A stretch of DNA of 64,000 bases from Eledone cirrhosa (lineage: Eukaryota), in the NCBI GenBank assembly GCA_964016885.1, contig OZ024741.1, positions 403,434,001 through 403,498,000 on the forward strand, given 5' to 3'. The translations under genes were made by a program, and so were the position numbers. A model generated the notes under the pieces. The model was given only the letters and a program-made list of their open reading frames with translations, was not told the origin of the DNA and searched no databases. Shown in pieces: positions 56,501 to 64,000 of the stretch; positions within the stretch are counted from its first letter, which is position 1, and each line of letters starts with the position of its first letter.

Positions 56501-59500
56501 CCAGGTAGTGACTACTATCTTTAACCCAGGTAGTGACTACTATCTTTAACCCAGGTAGTGGCTACTATCTTTAACCCAGGTAGTGACTACTATCTTTAAC
56601 CCAGGTAGGGACTACTATCTTTAACCCAGGTAGTGACTACTATCTTTAACCCAGGGTAGTGACTACTATCTTTAAAACAGGGTAGTGACTACTATCTTTA
56701 ACCCAGGTAGGGACTATCTTTAACCCAGGTAGTGACTACTATCTTTAACCCAAGTAGTGACTACTATCTTTAACCCAGGTAGTGACTACTATCTTTAACC
56801 CTGGTAGTGACTACTATCTTTAACCCAGGTAGTGACTACTATCTTTAACCCAGGTAGTGACTATCTTTAACCCAGGTAGGGACTACTATCTTTAACCCTG
56901 GTAGTGACTACTATCTTTAACCCAGGTAGTGACTACTATCTTTAACCCAGGTAGTGACTACTATCTTTAACCCAGGTAGGGACTACTATCTTTAACCCAG
57001 GTAGGGACTACTATCTTTAACCCAGGTAGGGACTACTATCTTTAACCCAGGTAGGGACTACTATCTTTAACCCAGGTAGTGACTACTATCTTTAACCCAG
57101 GTAGTGACTACTATCTTTAACCCAGGTAGTGACTACTATCTTTAACCCAGGTAGGGACTACTATCTTTAACCCAGGTAGGGACTACTATCTTTAACCCAG
57201 GTAGTGACTACTATCTTTAACCCAGGTAGTGACTACTATCTTTAACCCAGGTAGGGACTACTATCTTTAACCCAGGTAGGGACTACTATCTTTAACCCAG
57301 GTAGTGACTACTATCTTTAACCCAGGGTAGTGACTACTATCTTTAAAACAGGGTAGTGACTACTATCTTTAACCCAGGTAGTGACTACTATCTTTAACCC
57401 AGGTAGGGACTACTATCTTTAACCCAGGTAGTGACTACTATCTTATACCAGGTATGGACTACTATCTTTAACCCAGGTAGGGACTACTATCTTTAACCCA
57501 GGTAGTGACTACTATCTTTAACCCAGGTAGGGACTACTATCTTTAACCCAGGTAGGGACTACTATCTTTAACCCAGGTAGTGACTACTATCTTTAACCCA
57601 GGTAGGGACTACTATCTTTAACCCAGGTAGTGACTATCTTTAACCCAGGTAGGGACTACTATCTTTAACCCAGGTAGTGACTACTACCTTTAACCCAGGC
57701 AGTGACTACTACCTTTAACCCAGGTAGGGACTACTATCTTTAACCCAGGTAGTGACTTCTATCTTTAACCCAGGTAGGGACTACTATCTTTAACCCAGGT
57801 AGTGACTTCTATCTTTAACCCAGGTAGTGACTATCTTTAACCCAGGTAGGGACTACTATCTTTAACCCAGGTAGTGACTTCTATCTTTAACCCAGGTAGT
57901 GACTATCTTTAACCCAGGTAGGGACTATTATCTTTAACCCAGGTAGTGACTACTATCTTTAACCCAGGTAGGGACTACTACCTTTAACCCAGGTAGTGAC
58001 TACTATCTTTAACCCAGGTAGGGACTACTATCTTTAACCCAGGTAGGGACTACTATCTTTAACCCAGGTAGTGACTACTATCTTTAACCCAGGTAGGGAC
58101 TATCTTTAACCCAGGTAGTGACTACTATCTTTAACCCAGGTAGTGACTACTATATTTAACCCAGGTAGTGACTACTATCTTTAACCCAGGTAGGGACTAT
58201 CTTTAACCCAGGTAGTGACTACTATCTTTAACCCAGGTAGGGACTACTATCTTTAACCCAGGTAGTGACTACTATCTTTAACCCAGGTAGGGACTACTAT
58301 ATTTCACCCAGGTAGTGACTACTATCTTTAACCCAGGTAGGGACTACTATCTTTAACCCAGGTAGTGACTACTATATTTCACCCAGGTAGTGACTACTAT
58401 CTTTAACCCAGGTAGTGACTACTATCTTTAACCCAGGTAGTGGCTACTATCTTTAACCCAGGTAGTGACTACTATCTTTAACCCAGGTAGGGACTACTAT
58501 ATTTCACCCAGGTAGTGACTACTATCTTTAACCCAGGTAGGGACTACTATCTTTAACCCAGGTAGTGACTACTATCTTTAACCCAAGTAGGGACTACTAT
58601 CTTTAACCCAGGTAGTGACTACTATCTTTAACCCAGGTAGTGACTACTATCTTTAACCCAGGTAGTGACTACTATCTTTAACCCAGGTAGGGACTACTAT
58701 CTTAAACCCTGGTAGTGACTACTATCTTTAACCCAGGTAGTGACTACTATCTTTAACCCAGGTAGGGACTACTATCTTTAACCCAGGTAGGGACTACTAT
58801 CTTTAACCCAGGTAGGGACTTCTATCTTTAACCCAGGTAGGGACTATCTTTAACCCAGGTAGTGACTACTATCTTTAACCCAAGTAGGGACTACTATCTT
58901 TAACCCAGGTAGGGACTACTATCTTTAACCCAGGTAGGGACTATCTTTAACCCAGGTAGTGACTACTATCTTTAACCCAGGGTAGTGACTACTATCTTTA
59001 ACCCAGGTAGTGACTACTATCTTTAACCCAGGTAGGGACTACTATCTTTAACCCAGGTAGGGACTACTATCTTTAACCCTGGTAGTGACTACTATCTTTA
59101 ACCCAGGTAGGGACTACTATCTTTAACCCAGGTAGGGACTACTATCTTTAACCCAGGTAGGGACTACTATCTTTAACCCAGGTAGTGACTACTATCTTTA
59201 ACCCAGGTAGGGACTACTATCTTTAACCCTGGTAGTGACTACTATCTTTAACCCAGGTAGTGACTATCTTTAACCCAGGTAGTGACTACTATCTTTAACC
59301 CAAGTAGTGACTACTATCTTTAACCCAGGTAGTGACTACTATCTTTAACCCTGGTAGTGACTACTATCTTTAACCCAGGTAGTGACTACTATCTTTAACC
59401 CAGGTAGTGACTATCTTTAACCCAGGTAGGGACTACTATCTTTAACCCTGGTAGTGACTACTATCTTTAACCCAGGTAGTGACTACTATCTTTAACCCAG

Positions 59501-59900
59501 GTAGTGACTACTATCTTTAACCCAGGTAGGGACTACTATCTTTAACCCAGGTAGGGACTACTATCTTTAACCCAGGTAGGGACTACTATCTTTAACCCAG
59601 GTAGGGACTACTATCTTTAACCCAGGTAGTGACTACTATCTTTAACCAAGGTAGTGACTACTATCTTTAACCCAGGTAGTGACTACTATCTTTAACCCAG
59701 GTAGGGACTACTATCTTTAACCCAGGTAGGGACTACTATCTTTAACCCAGGTAGTGACTACTATCTTTAACCCAGGTAGGGACTACTATCTTTAACCCAG
59801 GTAGGGACTACTATCTTTAACCCAGGTAGTGACTACTATCTTTAACCCAGGGTAGTGACTACTATCTTTAAAACAGGGTAGTGACTACTATCTTTAACCC
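50560..59900. repeat. Three further, partly rearranged copies of the ~3-kb higher-order unit
   Basis: CTTAAACCCTGG is at 51585, 54607 and 58701, each preceded by three TATATTTCACCC monomers. AAAACAGGG is at about 53225, 56197, 56674, 57345 and 59870. Confidence 0.8.
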
Positions 59901-62520
59901 AGGTAGTGACTACTATCTTTAACCCAGGTAGGGACTACTATCTTTAACCCAGGTAGTGACTACTATCTTTAACCCAGGTAGTGACTACTATCTTTAACCC
60001 AGGTAGTGACTACTATCTTTAACCCAGTTAGTGACTACTATCTTTAACCCAGGTAGGGACTACTATCTTTAACCCAGGTAGTGACTACTCTCTTTAACCC
60101 AGGTAGTGACTACTATCTTTAACCCAGGTAGTGACTACTATCTTTAACCCAGGTAGGGACTACTATCTTTAACCCAGGTAGTGACTACTATCTTTAACCC
60201 AGGTAGTGACTACTATCTTTAACCCAGGTAGTGGCTACTATCTTTAACCCAGGTAGTGACTACTATCTTTAACCCAGGTAGGGACTACTATCTTTAACCC
60301 AGGTAGTGACTACTATCTTTAACCCAGGGTAGTGACTACTATCTTTAAAACAGGGTAGTGACTACTATCTTTAACCCAGGTAGGGACTACTATCTTTAAC
60401 CCAGGTAGGGACTACTATCTTTAACCCAGGTAGGGACTACTATCTTTAACCCAGGTAGTGACTACTATCTTTAACCCAGGTAGTGACTACTATCTTTAAC
60501 CCAGGTAGTGACTACTATCTTTAACCCAAGTAGTGGCTACTATCTTTAACCCAGGTAGTGACTATCTTTAACCCAGGTAGTGACTACTATCTTTAACCCA
60601 GGTAGGGACTACTATCTTTAACCCAGGTAGTGACTACTATCTTTAACCCAGATAGTGACTACTATCTTTAACCCAGGTAGTGACTATCTTTAACCCAGGT
60701 AGTGACTACTATCTTTAACCCAGGTAGTGACTACTACCTTTAACCCAGGTAGTGACTACTATCTTTAACCCAGGTAGTGACTACTATCTTTAACCCAGAT
60801 AGTGACTACTATCTTTAACCCAGGTAGTGACTACTATCTTTAACCCAGGTAGTGACTACTATCTTTAACCCAGGTAGGGACTACTACCTTTAACCCAGGT
60901 AGGGACTACTATCTTTAACCCAGGTAGGGACTACTATCTTTAACCCAGGTAGGGACTACTATATTTAACCCAGGTAGGGACTACTATCTTTAACCCAGGT
61001 AGGGACTACTATCTTTAACCCAGGTAGGGACTTCTATCTTTAACCCAGGTAGTGACTACTATCTTTAACCCAGGTAGTGACTACTATCTTTAACCCAAGT
61101 AGTGACTACTATCTTTAACCCAGGTAGTGACTATCTTTAACCCAGGTAGTGACTACTATCTTTAACCCAGGTAGTGACTACTATCTTTAACCCAGGTATC
61201 GACTACTATCTTTAACCCAGGTAGGGACTTCTATCTTTAACCCAGGTAGGGACTACTATCTTTAACCCAGGTATCGACTACTATCTTTAACCCAGGTAGT
61301 GACTACTATCTTTAACCCAGGTAGTGACTATCTTTAACCCAGGTAGGGACTACTATCTTTAACCCAGGTAGGGACTACTATCTTTAACCCAGGTAGTGAC
61401 TACTATCTTTAACCCAGGTAGTGACTATCTTTAACCCAGGTAGGGACTACTATCTTTAACCCAGGTAGGGACTACTATCTTTAACCCAGGTAGGGACTAC
61501 TATCTTTAACCCAGGTATCGACTACTATCTTTAACCCAGGTAGTGACTTCTATCTTTAACCCAGGTAGTGACTACTATCTTTAACCCAGGTAGTGACTTC
61601 TATCTTTAACCCAGGTAGTGACTACTATCTTTAACCCAGGTAGTGACTTCTATCTTTAACCCAGGTAGGGACTACTATCTTTAACCCAGGTAGTGACTAC
61701 TATCTTTAACCCAGGTAGGGACTACTATCTTTAACCCAGGTAGGGACTACTATCTTTAACCCAGGTATCGACTACTATCTTTAACCCAGGTAGGGACTAT
61801 TATCTTTAACCCAGGTAGGGACTACTATCTTTAACCCAGGTAGGGACTACTATCTTTAACCCAGGTAGTGACTACTATCTTTAACCCAGGTAGGGACTAT
61901 TATCTTTAACCCAGGTAGTGACTACTATCTTTAACCCAGGTAGGGACTACTATCTTTAACCCAGGTAGGGACTACTATCTTTAACCCAGGTAGGGACTGC
62001 TATCTTTAACCCAGGTAGGGACTACTATCTTTAACCCAGGTAGTGACTTCTATCTTTAACCCAGGTAGGGACTACTATCTTTAACCCAGGTAGGGACTAC
62101 TATCTTTAACCCAGGTAGGGACTATTATCTTTAACCCAGGTAGTGACTACTATCTTTAACCCAGGTAGTGACTACTATCTTTAACCCAGGTAGTGACTAC
62201 TATCTTTAACCGAGGTAGGGACTACTATCTTTAACCCAGGTAGGGACTACTATCTTTAACCCAGGTATCGACTACTATCTTTAACCCAGGTAGGGACTAT
62301 TATCTTTAACCCAGGTAGGGACTACTATCTTTAACCCAGGTAGGGACTACTATCTTTAACCCAGGTAGTGACTACTATCTTTAACCCAGGTAGGGACTAT
62401 TATCTTTAACCCAGGTAGTGACTACTATCTTTAACCCAGGTAGTGACTACTATCTTTAACCCAGGTAGGGACTATTATCTTTAACCCAGGTAGTGACTAC
62501 TATCTTTAACCCAGGTAGTG
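59850..62520. repeat. Dispersed copy of block ~43,620-46,560 (offset about 16.0-16.2 kb)
   Basis: CCCAGATAGT 44421 vs 60647 (+16,226), AACCGAGG CpG at 46235 vs 62211 (+15,976), plus shared runs of TATCG and GACTATTA monomers. Confidence 0.8.
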
Positions 62521-64000
62521 ACTACTATCTTTAACCCAGGTATCGACTACTATCTTTAACCCAGGTAGGGACTACTATCTTTAACCCAGGTAGGGACTAC
62601 TATCTTTAACCCAGGTAGGGACTACTATCTTTAACCCAGGTAGGGACTACTATCTTTAACCCAGGTATCGACTACTATCTTTAACCCAGGTAGTGACTAC
62701 TATCTTTAACCCAGGTAGGGACTACTATCTTTAACCCAGGTAGGGACTACTATCTTTAACCCAGGTAGTGACTACTATCTTTAACCCAAGTAGGGACTAC
62801 TATCTTTAACCCAGGTAGGGACTACTATCTTTAACCCAGGTAGGGACTACTATCTTTAACCCAGGTAGGGACTACTATCTTTAACCCAGGTAGGGACTAC
62901 TATCTTTAACCCAGGTAGGGACTACTATCTTTAACCCAGGTAGTGACTACTATCTTTAACCCAGGTAGTGACTACTATCTTTAACCCAGGTAGTGACTTC
63001 TATCTTTAACCCAGGTAGGGACTACTATCTTTAACCCAGGTAGGGACTACTATCTTTAACCCAGGTAGGGACTACTATCTTTAACCCAGGTATCGACTAC
63101 TATCTTTAACCCAGGTAGGGACTACTATCTTTAACCCAGGTAGTGACTACTATCTTTAACCCAGGTAGGGACTACTATCTTTAACCCAGGTAGGGACTAC
63201 TATCTTTAACCCAGGTAGGGACTACTATCTTTAACCCAGGTAGGGACTACTATCTTTAACCCAGGTAGGGACTACTATCTTTAACCCAGGTAGGGACTAC
63301 TATCTTTAACCCAGGTAGGGACTACTATCTTTAACCCAGGTAGGGACTACTATCTTTAACCCAGGTAGGGACTACTATCTTTAACCCAGGTAGTGACTAC
63401 TATCTTTAACCCAGGTAGGGACTACTATCTTTAACCCAGGTAGGGACTACTATCTTTAACCCAGGTAGGGACTACTATCTTTAACCCAGGTAGGGACTAC
63501 TATCTTTAACCCAGGTAGGGACTACTATCTTTAACCCAGGTAGGGACTACTATCTTTAACCCAAGTAGTGACTACTATCTTTAACCCAGGTAGGGACTAC
63601 TATCTTTAACCCAGGTAGGACTACTATCTTTAACCCAGGTAGGGACTACTATCTTTAACCCAGGTAGGGACTACTATCTTTAACCCAGGTAGTGACTACT
63701 ATCTTTAACCCAGGTAGGGACTACTATCTTTAACCCAGGTAGGGACTACTATCTTTAACCCAGGTAGGGACTACTATCTTTAACCCAGGTAGGGACTACT
63801 ATCTTTAACCCAGGTAGGGACTACTATCTTTAACCCAGGTAGGGACTACTATCTTTAACCCAGGTAGGGACTACTATCTTAAACCCAGGTTGGGACTACT
63901 ATCTTTAACCCAGGTAGGGACTACTATCTTTAACCCAGGTAGTGACTACTACCTTTAACCCAGGTAGGGACTACTATCTTTAACCCAGGTAGGGACTACT

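Larger units (their letters stand above)
1..64000. repeat. Tandem satellite array of a 25-bp monomer TAG(G/T)GACTACTATCTTTAACCCAGG, single orientation, extending past both window edges
   Basis: Monomers start at 1, 26, 51, 76 and so on, and the pattern continues to base 64000 with no unique interruption. Common variants: TAGG/TAGT at position 4, TACCT for TATCT, CCAAG or CCTGG for CCAGG, TATCG, GACTTC, a 22-bp unit lacking one ACT, and a 26-bp unit with CAGGG. Confidence 0.99.

Noticed and set aside
1-64000. CRISPR array (25-bp partly palindromic repeat)
   Set aside because: The repeats abut directly with no unique spacers, and there is no leader or cas gene in the window.
1-64000. Giant repetitive protein-coding ORF on either strand
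   Set aside because: The + monomer contains TAG and TAA (plus TGA in T-type), and the - monomer contains TAA and two TAG. The 25-bp period rotates the frame each unit, so all six frames stop within about 75 bp under the standard code. Frame-shifting 24- and 26-bp units are tolerated.
1-64000. Canonical telomerase-synthesised telomere tract
   Set aside because: There are no tandem TTAGGG-type runs and no marked G/C strand skew (5 G vs 6 C per G-type unit). Rare variants are copied in multi-kb blocks, indicating DNA-level duplication.
1-64000. Rolling-circle, concatemer or sequencing artefact, or a synthetic construct
   Set aside because: Variants are not random noise and do not follow one fixed period. 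They recur in nested, collinear blocks with private differences, as expected of an evolved array. Local misassembly of individual blocks is still possible.
1-64000. Plasmid iterons or Borg-type intergenic tandem repeats
   Set aside because: Those are short arrays embedded among genes. Here there are thousands of copies and no genes.
62520-64000. G-quadruplex-forming region
   Set aside because: There is only one GGG per 25 bp on the + strand, with loops of about 22 nt. The - strand also has one GGG per unit. This does not fit the standard G3N1-7 pattern.

Overview
The whole 64,000-bp window is one uninterrupted, head-to-tail tandem satellite array of a 25-bp monomer, consensus TAG(G/T)GACTACTATCTTTAACCCAGG (roughly 2,550-2,600 copies, 40-44% GC per monomer). 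I saw no unique sequence, inversion, inserted element, ORF, RNA gene or CRISPR spacer, and both array ends lie outside the window. Stop codons in the monomer on both strands, together with the 25-bp period, close all six frames within about 75 bp. The information lies in the monomer variants: a frequent G/T dimorphism at position 4, 22/24/26-bp length variants and rare substitutions. Used as markers, these show nested duplications at 0.55-0.57 kb, 2.4 kb, about 3 kb, about 12.2/14.6 kb, about 16 kb and about 35 kb. The monomer is quasi-palindromic and contains telomere-like words. The array most resembles eukaryotic satellite DNA (subtelomeric or pericentromeric), but the organism, family and function cannot be determined from sequence alone. 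I found no evidence for a protein- or RNA-encoding system. Marker coordinates were read by eye and block boundaries are approximate.
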